Source of the DNA: Raillietiella orientalis
Lineage: Eukaryota
Length of the DNA: 64,000 nt
Direction: 5' to 3'
NCBI GenBank assembly: GCA_036172245.1
Contig: JAYWIR010000028.1
Location: forward strand, 496,001-560,000
Below the pieces are notes generated by a model. The model ran no database searches and was not told the origin of the DNA. It saw nothing but the letters and a program-made list of their open reading frames with translations. The position numbers and the translations under genes were made by a program. Shown here piece after piece: positions 12,713-26,095 of the stretch; positions within the stretch are counted from its first letter, which is position 1; every line of letters begins with the position of its first letter.

Positions 12713-12853
12713 GCAAGTCCAGGAACACTTTCCGGAGCAGCTCGGGCTGGCTGCCTCCAGTTTGGGAAGCAACGCACTCCACCATTTCCGAACACTGGCC
12801 GTCATTTGCTCGAGTGTTCTCCGAGTGTGTTGTTCGTGAAAGTGCGTCATTAT
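12713..12853 (-). mobile_element. Possible degenerate LTR-retrotransposon integrase zinc-binding (HHCC) fragment
   Basis: IMTHFHEQH..LEQMTASVRKWW..LEAASPSCSGKC resembles the Gypsy-type LHExH..M.A.AR..WW..CxxC pattern. No DDE core or LTRs were recognised. Confidence 0.3.
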
Positions 12854-15800
12854 GGGCGTCGCGACGGTGTCACCAGTTTCCGGTCCCACAACGAACGACT
12901 GATGACGAAATCGGGGTCCGGACGCAACCGCAGTGCACCATCCGCGGTGGAAGTGATCCGGCAGAAGTTTGCGGAATTTTCAAGTTCCCGACTGGCGTTG
13001 AAACTGCTCCGTAAGGGTTTTTTTTAGCTACTGCTGCTCCTGAAGTGCTTCGTGGATTCATCAATCTTGATTCCATTGGTGCATCAAAACTTTGTTACAG
13101 ACGCGTCGGTGTCGTGTGCACAAATAACATGATAAAAGTGACATAGCGGCACATCAGCAATAGTGAAATCTGCATGAAACTAAATGTCAACTTCCGCCTT
13201 TTCTGATGTTTTTTTTTTTTTCGATTTGCATTTCCACTATTTGGTAACTGTTTCATGTTGAATTCTTCTGGCTTTTATCGATTGCATACCTGCAGGTGAT
13301 AACATCAAGAGAGATATCAAAATGAGATGCCATGCTTCGATATAATGAGAGCAGAGAGAATTGCCCTTCCTCCGGAACTTCATAGCCTTAGGAAGACTCG
13401 TCACTCCCGGAAAACTTTAACCACTGGAGAGAGCGCGCTCCTCCTTTTTCGTTAATGTGTGAAGGAAAGCCCGTCATTTACTCTTGGCTTGATCAGCATT
13501 CATCAGTTCAAAAGGGGGAACGGTCCTACGTTCCTTTTTTAAAGGAAAGGAAAAAGAGGATGCAGTGCTTCTTTTTCTTCATCTCATTCAAGCGTCTCTT
13601 TCACTGCTACTCACACCTGAAAACTTCCTCAGGTCCACGGGACGTCGTTTTATTGCTTTTACGAGATGAATTATTAAATCCACGAAGTACGGCTATCCGC
13701 GTGTTCGATACCATCATGATCTCGGTTGGAACCGTGGCAAGGATATCCATGGCATCGATCTTGATGGCACGCGGTAGAATGATGGCAATCCAATGTTTGC
13801 CTGAGTTAACGGTCGCTGCTTTCCTATTTCCGCAGAATAAATTTCGTTACATCACCACAGCTGAACTTTCCTTCCAGCGTTGAATTTGACTATCGCCGCA
13901 CGGTATTTACACTTACACTATAACATTCCTCCTTGGTTCCGTGCACGTCAACGTGCATGGAATCAACACGGCTGTTGTCGTAGCAATAATTTAGTGATCT
14001 GTGAAAAAAGATACCCACGCAGTTTAGTTTACATGCATAAATGATGTCTACTATTTACACATATCCCTGATCGGAGCCTGGAACTGAAATGCTCAATGGG
14101 TTAGAGAAAAGAACACCCTGAGAATGGACCTTTCAAAAGCACCTGGGCAAAAAAGGAATGGACCACTCGAAAAATTTTCCGTCCGATTTTCGTCATCCTC
14201 GTCCCCACATTTGTAGCTCCTGATACGCAACTTTGATGGCAATTAATGAGAAATCTTCAAGATGCGACTCAGAAGTTGGTGATTTCGATTAAGAAGAGCG
14301 CCATCGGCGTTTAGAACACCTGAGGAATGCGATCGGACCATCATCGTGGGTGCACTCCCAGTGATGCAAGCAGTGTTTCTTCGCTGGAACGGGAAGCATT
14401 TGCCATTGCTAGAAGAACATCAATCCTAAGTAATTGGTACACTTTTCTTCGACATTTTTCGAGTGTGTAAGCTCAACGCGGGGGGAAAACAAAAATTTCC
14501 ATCTTGAGGTAAGGGGAATCTTTCTTGGGGTCGACGATTTCCATCTCCCTCAAGATATTGGAATCTCTGCTGATTCAATCGTTATTCTCTTCAAAGAGTG
14601 TTCCCGATGTGCGCAGGGCAGTGGAGATGTGTTCGTTGCTGTGTTCGCGTCGACAGCACCCCGGCCTCTTGATGTATCGAGGATGTTCTCTATCTGCATC
14701 GAGAGTCGTCGTAGGGAGCCAGGGGATACTGGCAGTGGAAATTATGGAAAAAACAAGAATTTCTTGATGCCATTCTCCAATGGAAGGTTCATTGCGACAG
14801 CTACGCGTGATCTTAATGGAACAAATCGTTTCCACGGACGGAGAACTGCGCCAAGGGAATCGAAACAAACAATCCAACAAAAACAAAAATAAAATAATAT
14901 CGTGAGAAGTCCTTTTTTTTTTTTTCCCCCTAATTTTCTCTATCGAGAACATTCCAAGACAAAATGAACTCTCAGAAATGAGCCTTTTCTACCAAGATTC
15001 CTTTGTGGTTCCTTTGGAAGGTCTTTCAAATTTGGTGATTCTGTTTCCGGATCCCAAGTTCAGTTACTTAGTTTACTTCTAAAGTTGAAGCCATCTTTTC
15101 AATTTCCATTTCATGGCTTCATTGGTCTAGAATCCTCGTCTCTGCATCTTCTTCCTTCTCCACCACTAAAGTGGAGTCCAGGAAGCGTCTAAAACATCGT
15201 CAGCGGCTACGAATACGGAAACTCAAGGTAGAGAACTGATCCCAGTTGAAGAAGAGGAGAGCTCTCAGATTGCAGCTGTCACAGTTTCAGCCGCACATCA
15301 ATCCCTGAAACATTCCTGAGGATCTCAAAGTGGTGCTGGAGGGGCCTTTTAAGTCTCTCTCAAAGAATAAATTCTCGAGAACTCTGCTTTTGGATCTCGA
15401 AAGAAAAGAAATTGGATCCTTCTACCTAATCAGTGCACAACACAGTTGGGGGCTGCTATGTTTTCATTTGCTACTTCCAACAGCTGCATGAACCACAGTT
15501 CCGAGGAAAACAATCCGGCCACGGATCTGAGTTGAAAGACGTGGCAGTTGCGAAAATCACGAAAGTGCTACTAATTGGATTGTACGCTGCATCCATATCG
15601 AGTCGAGAAAACAGTTTGGTCAATACGTCTTAAAACCATGCTTTTTTTTTCCAGGTCGAAATGCCATCTAGCACAGTGGATGACAACAAAAGCAATTTAT
15701 TTGCCACGCAACCACGTCAGAGTCTATAATCGTTCAAGTGCTGCACGGCAACGTGGGGCATCTCTGAAGGCGACCACACCGCCACGCAGCCATGGACCTT

Positions 15801-18097
15801 CTCTCCGTTGACCACACGAAAGCACGGAGCGTCCGTGCCCTAGCAACGTGTTCTCGATTCAGTCTGTGACGTGGCCTACTCAAAGGCAGCGTGAGCGGGA
15901 GGTTCTCTGGCTCAGGTGTGCTTTCCGCAACACGGAATGAGGTGACAAGGCTGTGATGCAGAGCAGAACCCGGATGTTGCGTAGCTTGGAGCAAGGAGTT
16001 CGTCGTCCATATGGAGCACGCATGCACGAGAAGCTCCGTGTGCCTGCGCCAGCTCAAGAAGCGAGGGAGTTCTGCGGACGAGGAAGGAGCGAGCAGACTA
16101 GGATAACCGGGAGCGGAGAGGAAGAGAGAGACAAAACGCGAAAGCAGAGCAAAGCAAATGATTTTAATCCGGAAAGATTTCCTTGCCAGGCGAATCAAGA
16201 AATCTGCAAGAGATTTCGTCTCTGACGTCATCCTGGACCGATCGAGTGACCTGCAAGGCCATCCTCGCTTCCCGCATCCGGTATTGCTCGGGCAGGGTAC
16301 ACAGGCCAGAACGTGATTGCGGAGAGGAGCCGCAGGTATACAGGAGATCCGCGGGGAACGAGTCCTCTCGAAGACGCAGTTGGTATCGAGAAAATCTTCC
16401 TTCACGGCTTCCTCGATCGCTTCCACGAGAGAATTCACGTAAGTGGAAGCGAAGGACAGTGACTAGTGATTCCTTAGCTTCCTTATTCCCTCAGCGGTCT
16501 CTTGTGGCTTCCCTTTTCAACTCGGAAGGAGGATGCCTTGAGGAGCGAGGAAGACGATAAGGACGGCGGGGCAACTGAACCGAAAAAAAAAAAAAAAAAA
16601 AAAAAAAACCCGGAGAAAGATGTCAAGTGGTGTTGGAGAGGACGCTGCTGCTTCCTCAAGACAGCGTGTCTCCCTCCTTGGTCTCCTCCTTTTTCTTTGT
16701 GCCCTGCTTTCCGACTGGTCCCCTGCTCCCACCCACTCACCACTGCCTCCCCCCCCCAATCTTGCGATGATCCTGAGGAGTGCAGTCGGCTGTAGAGGGC
16801 TGACGCCCCTGATGTCTTGCAGCCCGGAGCAGCCGGAGGAGAGTCGACGTCCGGTGCAAGGCCTCGGGGCACTGGTGAGGAAGGCACTTGCTTCCGAAGA
16901 TGAGGTTACTCTCCTTGGGTAGACATACTCTTGGACTCCGAACTGCGTCCTGGTTGCAGCGAACAGCCTTCGTCACCTAGCTACCACCGTAATCCCCTCC
17001 TGCGCTCCTGTGTCGGAAAGAGAGCCAGGAGGAGATCTGCCCTCGCAAGATGGACGGCGATGTCAGATTGCCACCTCAAGGGGGGAACACTCCGGAGCTG
17101 CCACGCTGCAGGTCAAGCTGCCCAGACTGCTCGGGAAGAGGAAACGCCTGCTTGGTGCCTCCTTCCCTCCGCCTCCGCTGCCCTTTCCCGGGTTGTCTAA
17201 GGAGAACCGCAAGCCAGCCGCGGGCGGGGAGGGAGAGTGATGGACTTCGTCGAGTCTCCCATAGGATGCCGGACCACGCCGTCCTGAGCCCTGGTCCAGG
17301 ACGTAGACGCGCCTTCAAGAGAAGACGCATCTTCGTCCTCTGGAAGGAGCTTTGCGCTTCGGAGGACGAAGATGAGAGGAGGAGTGGAGCCTTGTCAACT
17401 CTACAGCGTTTGTTGTCCCTCACTCTCTCCCTGGCCTGCGCCGGACGGCGGAGCACCAATACAGTGCGAGGGGAGCCCCACTCCTGCTCCGGTCGTTTCG
17501 AGGATGGCGGAAGGCGGGGGACGTGGGAGGGAGGCCTTCCCGCTGCATGTTCGGGGGACTCCCGTGCCAGCAAAGCCTACAGTGTTTTCCCAGAACGCCG
17601 GCGCGACGGTGACTGCTAGTGGCTCCGCTTCCCAGGTGGTGAACGAAGGGTAATCGAGGACTAGGGGGAGCAGGAGACGGGGACGGGTAAGGAGCAGGGA
17701 TCGGAGCAGCGGTCCAGCGCAGCTCCCATCCAGATAGCGCGAGAGACTTCCCTCATCCCCAGAAACTGTTCCGCAGCGGCAGCGCTGCAGGAGTGACCTT
17801 TCCCGTCCTCTGGCAAGACAAGACCTCATCTCTCGGGAGGGTCTCACCCCTCCCCCTCTTCATCCCCCTCTCCAGTCTTTTTCTAAGGGAGGGAAGACCA
17901 AGGGGAACATATGAAAAGGAGGAAACCCAAGTTCCCTTTTCTCACGGTTCCAAGGCGGAGGAGGCGGACGAAGGAGGGATTTCGTCGGACCCCTATTCCG
18001 GGGGAGTGGTTCGACGCCCGTCCTGCTCTCGCACCCCGGTTCCAGGAAGTCTTAGAGGGAATGGGAGGAGGCTGCTGTGCGCGTCACTCCGTCCGAG

Positions 18098-18340
18098 TGA
18101 CGTCAAGCCGCCTGGAAACGGAGCTCCCCTTCCTCCATCCGCTCCCTTTCACTGACCCCGTTCCCCCAGCTCGCTCCCCCGTCTGTGAGCGCGCGTGGGA
18201 AGGGAGCAGAGCGACAAGGGGGAAGAGGGAGAGAGAGAGAGGGCCGGCTGCGGCTTGCGGATCGATCGGCAGGCCCGCACCTGCGGTCGGCCGGCTGGGA
18301 GCGCGTGCGCGCGCGCCCCAGCCTGAAGCTGCTGACGTCA
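18098..18340. promoter_or_regulatory. Two perfect CRE palindromes in the carboxypeptidase proximal upstream region
   Basis: TGACGTCA at 18098-18105 and 18333-18340, about 340 and 100 nt before the ATG. Confidence 0.55.
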
Positions 18341-18439
18341 TCCGCTCGACTCCGCCGCCGCTACTGCAGCGCGCCGGAAGAGCACAGGTCCGCGCGCTCT
18401 CCCGCCGCTTGCGGCATTCCCACCGCCGCTGCCGCCTTC

Positions 18440-18752
18440 ATGCCTGCGCGCCGGCTTCTGCTGCTGGGCGCCTCTCTCTGGAGCCTCCTCGCCCGCGCCT
18501 CGTGCTCCTCGCTGCCGCGGGCGGTCCCGCAGCCGGGGGAGGACGATGTGCCCTCCGCGGGGGGACTCCCTTGGGCACCCTCGGACTTCGTCTTCAAGCA
18601 CCATGACAACCGGGAGCTGGCTGCAGAGCTGCGGAAGGTGCACGAACGGTGCGCGGACATAACGCGGATGGGCGAGCTGGCGGAGACGTCGGTCCTCGGA
18701 ACGCCCATAGTCTACATCGAGGTCTCGGACCACCCGGGAATGCGGGAAGACT
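18440..18752 (+). CDS. CPE: M14B metallocarboxypeptidase (carboxypeptidase E/EGL-21-like), exon 1
   Basis: Signal peptide MPARRLLLLGASLWSLLARASCS, then FKHHDNRELAAEL..VHERCADITR..SVLG..IEVSDHPG. Donor T|gtaagt at 18753 (phase 1). Confidence 0.9.
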
Positions 18753-21734
18753 GTAAGTACCATCGGTGACGCGCGCCGAAAAGCTCCGCTCCTTCCCGGA
18801 GGAGCGGCGCGCGCGCGCGCGCGACCTCCCGCCGGTTCCCGCCGGAAGGTAGCAGGGAGGGAGGCGAGCGGAGCGGAGGGAGGAAAGGAGAGGAGGCCGC
18901 AGCGCGTCCCTCCCCCCTTCCTACCTCTTCCTCTCCGCTTCCCTCCTTCTCCTTGCGGAGATGGGGAGGATGGGGGAGGGAGGAAAGTGAAGGACCTTCT
19001 CCCGGAAGCGGCTGCGTCAGTCAGTCTTCACCGCTGTCCGACACGTGCACCTCGGCGGCCGCGCGACCCCTCTGGTCAGTCCCGTCTCGCGAGACGTTTC
19101 GCCTCCAGCCGACGACGACCGTGCGCACGCGCGCGGCGCCCACGGCAAGGAGAACCGTTCGTCTCCTGCTTCTCTCCCGCCTCCCCTTCGCAGCTGCTTC
19201 GATCCGTCTCCCCGGGAGACGTGGCGAGGCGCGCTCGCGCGACTCTCTGAGGGAAGGAGGGCGGGGGAGGGGGAAACACGCTCTCCTCCTCGCCACCATT
19301 TAGTCCGGCTTCTCCCTTCCTCGGTCCCTTTGATCCTCCCCAATCTCCTTGTGGGGGGAGGGGAGATGCCATCTCCAGGAGGGAGGGAGGGCGACGGGTG
19401 TGCCTCGTTCGCCGCGGGACACAAGCCGCATTCCCTGTGGGCTCTCTTAGTTACTCCGGGAGCCAGGACGGTGCCGCTCTTCCCAGCTCTGCAAACTTGG
19501 CGTCCCCCCCCCCCTCAACCTCGCGCGCGCGAGGGGGACTCCGTGCCCTCAGCAAGTCCGCACTCCCGGGATGCTCGGCTTCCGATGCTCCCGGGAGGCT
19601 AGCCGCGGGCGGGGGTAGGAAGAGGTGTGGGCGGGATCTCCTCGAGCCGCCCACCCGCCGGATGCTGGACCACGCTGTCCTGCATACCCAGCGCCGCGGA
19701 ACAATGCCAAAGGGCGGCAGCTCTAGGGTGGACTTGCTGCCCCTCCGTCGCTGGATGGCTCCTCCTTCCATGGGGGGGCGCCACTCCTTCCACAGTGCCC
19801 GGAGGCAGGGAGTGGAGGGAGGGAGCGGCAGCTGCAGAGGGCCCTTCCGGAAATGCGAGACGGAAGACTATTCGCCTACTTTCTCGCCGCATCCCCAAGA
19901 CGGACCCAACAGCTGTCTTTCTTCGCCGGCAGCAGCCATGCCGCGTCGCCGACGCATTCATCACCCTCGCTTGGGGAGGACGCCAAGGCCTCGCTCCGGA
20001 GGCGACAAGAACGACCCCACCTCCCTCATCGAACCATCAGCGGGTCCTTTCTACAGCGACTCACCCTCTTGGTGGGGAGGCGATGGCAGCGGGACCTGGC
20101 TAGCGACCGGGGCTCGTCTTCTGCCTTCGCGTGCAGCGTTCTCTGCTGCTGCTGCTGCTGCTCGCAACTTCCCCCTCTCCCCTCCCCCCTTCTCGTGCTG
20201 CTTTTGCGTTTCGTTGCACACACGCTGCTGCGCGCGTCTCTCGACTTCGCTGCTCACGTCCCACGTGCTGCGCTCGCAGCAGCGACGACAGCAGGACTGT
20301 CTGCATCCCAGGTGCGAGCTAGGGGCCACGAACATGCCGAGGGCGCAATAGGGGAGACGTCTACTTCCTTCTATCTGTCGTTGGCAGAAGCAGACATTTT
20401 GCATTTGCGAAAACTCACACCAGATGGTAGGGCAGAGCGAGAAAACTCCTCCTGGCTGCTGTTTTTTTTTTTTTGTTCCCTTCACGAACAGGCAGGGTCT
20501 CCTATCCCTTCCCTTCCTCCCTCACGGAGATGCGAACGAATTCAGCGCCGTGGGTCACGAGAGGGGGTTCGAGGAATTCGGAGTTCTCGGGAGATCTCAA
20601 AGGAAAAAAACTGCAAGATCCATGGACGATTAAGGAAACGAAGGTTCTTTCGGGAACACCTAGTTTCTTGAAGGAGCCTGGGAGGGTCGGCAGATGGACG
20701 GTTCAGGGCTGGCGGCGTCGGTCCTAGTGGCTAGTCAGTGCGCGCGGTCACCAGCCAGAAACAGAAACGTCGACCCGACTTGCGCTTCCTGAGGATTTCA
20801 GAAGGGCAAAGAAGGGGGAGAACCGCCGCTTCATCTACAGGAATTTCGCTTCCGGAAGAAGGGGAATTTCGGCTCGAGGCTCCCTGCCTCCCGCATCGGG
20901 TGTTCATAGGACCACCGTTTTCGAGGACCTACTGGAACAGATCAAAGAAGACGCGCAGCTGTCGCAGGTGAAGATCTCCGGCTCCAAGGATCACTCCAAG
21001 GATTCAGCGGGACCTAGAGCTCTGGAGGGAGGGATAGTCGGAGTTTGGGATCAGCGCAGGCTTGGGGTCCTGGCTTGGAGCCACCCCATGTGCGTAGGGT
21101 GGCCTGCTGGGCAGCCAACAAGGAACACAGGACGTTCCTCGAACGCAGTGGCATTTCTCACCCACACGGAACCTGGAGGGAGCGATTCCTGGCAGCAGTC
21201 CCATACCGTAGATGCACGTGAGGATCAGGGAGCAAGAAACGAAGGAGAGGGCTGGCGACGGTCTGTTCCTCCCCCTTTTCGTGCTCCTCTGCCAGGGGAA
21301 GCGGGCCCTGGGAGAGCTCGTTCCTCCCCTCTTTCTCGCTTTCGCTGCCAGGTGCGGATCCCCGAGAGTCACACAAAGGGCCTTCCGACCAGCAGCGATC
21401 GCGGTCTCTCGGTAGGTCAGCCCGCGTGGGAAACTCGGATAGAAGCCGGCGGGAGGAACGCAACAACCAGGAAGCTTTTCGAGAGCTCAGCTCGTGGTCC
21501 GACAGCGACCACTACCCCCAGCCTCATCCTTCAGGGGATGCGAGAGACGGGAAGGAGAGTCTGGGAGTAGCTTTGGATCGAAGCCTTGATGCACGCTGCG
21601 CCCGCTGCGGCGCCACACGCGCCTGGTCCTCGCAGGGACCAGCTGTAGGCCGAGGAAGGGTAGAAGAGGGCAGGATAAAGGATAAAGACGGGTAGAATAA
21701 CAAGTAAAGGGATTCCCGAATTCGCTCCAAGAGG

Positions 21735-22995
21735 TACTCTGATCTTCCTGTACGGAGCGCGAGGTACCGAACTCGCACACGACGTCCCTCTGTGGTTTCG
21801 GTGCTGCAGCGACGCTAGTGAGTGAGGTCTTCTCCTGCGAAGAATTCGAGGCAGTGCGTGTGCCCTCCTCAAAGGTGCTTCATCCAAACCCTCTGGAGCC
21901 GAACGTGTCGTTTTTGATCTTCCGGTGGCTCCGAGTTCCCTTGGGAACTCCTGAAGGTCAGAGAAGAAGGAAGAAGCTGGTACATTCGCCTGCGACGCTC
22001 CTTCAAAGCGTCTTGCTGCGGGTCCTGTCCTGGATCCCTGGTCAGGGTCCACTGCTACGAAATCTCCAGACCGCGTAGCTGCATAGCAGATGCCAAGAGC
22101 TCCCCCATCTGTTCCTCCATTCATTCCTCACTCTCCGACAGAGTTCCGGGTTCCAGAGGGGAGATGACGGAAAATCCATCGCTCTGCCTGCTCCCAAAGT
22201 TCGCGAGGGACGTGGAAAATTCCTCCGGGGGTTGAGCATCTTTCCCCTCTTCGACCTTCCTTTCCCGATCGAAACGAAGTCTTTCCCTCCCTCCCTTCCC
22301 GGCCTCTCCCCTGTTTGCGCTTCTTCGGGGCTCCTGGAATGCTCCCACAAACAAACATTCCTGGAGCCCCGAAGAAGATGACCCTAACCGCCCGGCTTCT
22401 CAAATGCCGGGAGGAGGGGGAAAAAGAGACCACGCAGCCAGCCTGCCGGAAATGGCGCCGAGCCCCTCCGCTTTCAGGCGTCGTCTCCAGCCAGAGGGCT
22501 GCTTCCTCTCAGTACCACTGAAAGAAGATCTCCACGCCTCATGTCCAAAGTCCTGGAATTCATCAGGTCAGGTCAGGCCCGAATTCATCGCGTGCCTGTC
22601 ATCCGCCTCCAAAGTGGGCTCAGCGGATCAAACGGAACTCTCCCCCTCCCCCCTTCCTCACCCCGGATCGAGCGCGGTCCAGGGGAGGCAGGGAGGGTGG
22701 AAGGGGAAGTATAATGAAAGAAGAGGGAAAGTTTTGAAAGATGGATCTCGGAAATCCGGATCCTCCAGGAAACACTGTTACCATGAGAACGCGTTTCCTA
22801 ATCAATAAATTAAACTCTATCGAGCATAAAACCGCTCGTTAAGACTAAACGTCGGGACGGAAACTCTTCGAGGACGGCTTCCATCGCGGCGCTCCCATCT
22901 CGGATTTCACCTTTAACGAAGGAGTGCCTCGCATGGCGGCGGGGGTGCAGCCGGTCAGTCGCTGCAGACGGTGCTTCGCAGCCGGGGAAACGTTG
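21735..22995 (+). mobile_element. Possible decayed non-LTR retrotransposon 3' region (RNase H-like and CCHC-like remnants)
   Basis: IFLYGA (about 21742), VFSCEEFEAV, NVSFLIF and VLSWIPGQGPLLRN (to about 22065) occur in RNase H motif order. FNEGVPRM...CRRCFAAGETL follows at about 22910-22995. Interrupted by frameshifts and stops. Confidence 0.35.
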
Positions 22996-25661
22996 CGTGC
23001 GTCGGCTACTGTGGCAACGAACGACTGCTGCCCGTCCGATCCATGTCCGTTCATCTTCGGACAACTGGTGCTCGGTCACTGTTCGATCCACTGTCGCCCC
23101 CCTTCCGAACTTGACCTTTTGTTCCCCGTCGAGGATTTGGTTCCAGAAGGAGCGCGCGGCTTGCGTTTCGTGTCGAGACGCGCGCCATTCGATTCCCTCC
23201 GTGACGAGAGCACCATCGAGGAACCACGGCCTGTTCCGCAGCCCCAGGTCCTTTCCATCCGAGCTCCTCAAACTCCTCTCGCTCGCTTCCTTCTTTTCTG
23301 CTCCATCCCTTTTTGGAGACCGGTAGATCCGCACATTCCGATCGCCGATGCCCTATTCGATGCGACGGGAGCATGGCATCTTGCATCGCGCAGACCTTCT
23401 GGTTGCCAGCGGGGATTTTTTCTCCCTCCCTTTGCTCCCTCTCTTCCGTACCAGCTATTCGCCGCGAGACCATCTGGCGCTTCGCAGGGGAACTCGAGAC
23501 GTCGGGATCCGGAAGGAAGAAGAAAGTGCTGCTGCAAAGCCGCTTTCTTTCCTTTTGACTCATCTCTTCATCCTTTCCTCTCCTCCACTTTCATTCCTTC
23601 CGGACCGACTGGATCCACCAGGATGTTCTCCCGTATACCCTGTTCGCCCAGTGCCGAACCCCTGAGCTTCTTCGCCCCGACATGGAGGCTGCGCGAGTTT
23701 CAAAGGAGGTAGCGAAGCTGTGCCGGAAGAAAAAAAAAAAAAAAAAAACACGCAAGGGAAGGAAGAGCGTGGTGTGTTTATGTGTGTGCGTGTGTGTGTG
23801 GTGGTGGGGGGGAAGTAGGAGGAGGCATGTCGTGCGCTCTGGTGGTGAACTCGGTGCTTCCTAAGTGGGACGCTAACGACATAGTTCAAGAGGGGGGTGG
23901 AGACCGCAGAGGGAGAACATGCATAAAAGAAAAAGGCTTATCTTGAAATTCTCGGTTCACGACTGCTGCCCCTCTCCCTCTCTCCCTCCTTTTTTTGTTT
24001 TTCTGCGCTGAGGAAGATGGAAGGAGAAGGAATATGGGGACTTCCCCCGCACCGGGGATCCATTTTTTCATCGGGGTCTGGCGAAGAAACGAACCGCAGG
24101 GATCGTCCTGGCCGGCTGCTGTCCATTCTCTTCCGGGGATGTCCACTCTACCACGACCTCCTCCAAGGATGAACGGAGCGACACTCCCGAGGTGACGTCC
24201 CGGCTGTTCCACGCCTTCGTTCCATCCGCTCTTTCTCCGCCGAGGGGCTCTTTTCCATCTGCTCTTCGCCCTCCGAGTCCAGGGGAGCCGGGAGAGAGGC
24301 GATGCGCGCCGCGCGTGACATCTGACGCGAGAGGACGCAGGTGCGCGCGAAGGAGGACTGCAGGCGCGCACACGTGTCTCGGGGACCGGCGGCACGCGCG
24401 TCTGGCGGAAGAGGCGCGTGCTACCAGGAGCACGCGCGCTCCATCTGCCCTTCGCGCTTTCCTTGGGCGCGGTCGGCATGGAAGCGGCTAGGGGTGCATC
24501 CCGCGGAAACCCGAGCCTTCCCCGGATGTTGCCATTGCTGCCGCGTCTTCCGCCCCCTCGGCAGCTTGCCTCCTCCCGGGGTCACCCGGCGAGCTCCCGA
24601 GCGAGGAGCAGCCCCGCATCTGTTCCTCCGTCCGCTGCACTCACATCTGGTTTCCAAGGGAAACGATGCGTCGCCCTGACGGGTCGATGCTTCCTCGGTG
24701 CGCCTCGGGGCTTTGCTGGAAGGTGGCGGTGCCATGCTTCTCCCACTCCAGCCCTCACATTCCTCCGCCTGAGGGGACGCATCTTCCACTCCCTCATTCT
24801 TCCTGTCCTTGCTGCGGATGCCTCGAGGCGGCGGCAACGGGCGCGCGGTCCAGAGAATCCGGCACCCATTTTTGGAATGGGGAGAGGGTGAAAGGGTAGC
24901 GGGAACGGGTTCCCTTCGACGGAGAGAGAGCGCTCGTCGGGGTGAGGCGTGGGGTAGGGAGAGGATGCTGCAAGCAGTCCAGAGGAAGGGGTCGAGGTTT
25001 GCGGAAAGACTGCGGTTTGGCGGATCGGGTGCTCCACGCCCATGGTGATGGGGAGGAAGAGAAGGATGGGTGGGATGGAAGGACGGGTCCCCTCCTGTTC
25101 TCACCGAAGGCTTTGGTGCAGTTTCCCTGCCTTCCCTCTCGTGCAGGAGCGTCCGGCGATGGCACTGGCGTGCAGGCGATCCCGCGTCTCCACCCTGTCG
25201 CGCCCTCGCCCGGAGGGATGCGGGCTCGCGAGTGGGCGTCCCGCGCACCCGGGAGGTGACGCTGACAGAGCTGAACAACTTTCCCTGCTGGGGTGGGGTG
25301 GAAACGTTCCATGGCAAAAAAGGGAAAGGAAGAAGGGGGGATGAGGAGGGGAAAGGTGGTGATGGCGACGCCTCTCCTACCCGGTCGTTTCCCCAGTCGG
25401 AACACCTGCCGGGGGTCGAGGGAAGCGCAGCAGCTTCCCGGAGGGTTTCCATTCTCTCCCTGGTGGCCGACTCACCTAATTGGGTGCCGGAGGAAAGTGG
25501 CGGGAGACTAGCGTAGGGCTCGTCTCCACGCGGAAGGGGGAGAAAGAGGGAGGGGGGGAAGCAAGTGTGGGCGGTTCTCCACCCTGGGGTGCATCTTCTT
25601 GGCGTCCTTTTCTCTCGGACGAGCAGTCAACAGACCCGCTGACCCCCTTCTCCTCCGGCAG

Positions 25662-25858
25662 ACGAGCCCACATTCCGGTACGTCGGGAACATGCACGGGA
25701 ACGAGGTGTCTGGCCGGGAGCTGCTCCTGAGGTTTGCCCACGACATCTGCGATAGGTACCTGGATGGGGATGAGGAAGTGCGAAAGCTGGTGGAAGTCAC
25801 AAGGATCTTCCTGATCCCTTCCATGAATCCCGACGGGTGGGAGGAAGCCAACAAGCAG
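25662..25858 (+). CDS. CPE: Carboxypeptidase E-like, exon 2 (HxxE zinc ligands)
   Basis: EPTFRYVGNMHGNEVSGRELLL...TRIFLIPSMNPDGWE. Branch point ctgac and acceptor ggcag|; donor |gtaaca. Confidence 0.96.
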
Positions 25859-25939
25859 GTAACAGGAAGCTCTTTGCCCCCCTCCCTCCCCCACCCCGTC
25901 TCGGTAAGGACCCGCGCTGATGGGCATCCCGCCTTCCAG

Positions 25940-26095
25940 AAAGTGAAAGACTACCTCACCGGCAGGGCAAACGCCAAGGGCGTCGACCTGAACCGGGACT
26001 TCCCTGACCTGAACCTCCACGCCTACATCAGCGAGAGGAGCGGCACGGGGCACAACCACCACTTCTTCACCCCGGAGCAGCATGACCTTTCGAGG
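25940..26095 (+). CDS. CPE: Carboxypeptidase E-like, exon 3
   Basis: GRANAKGVDLNRDFPDL motif. Acceptor ttccag|, donor AGG|gtgagg (phase 0). Confidence 0.95.

Noticed and set aside
22810..23334. 174-aa minus-strand ORF with a WFLDGA word
   Set aside because: No supporting domain context, and it is antisense to better-ordered retroelement-like motifs on the plus strand.
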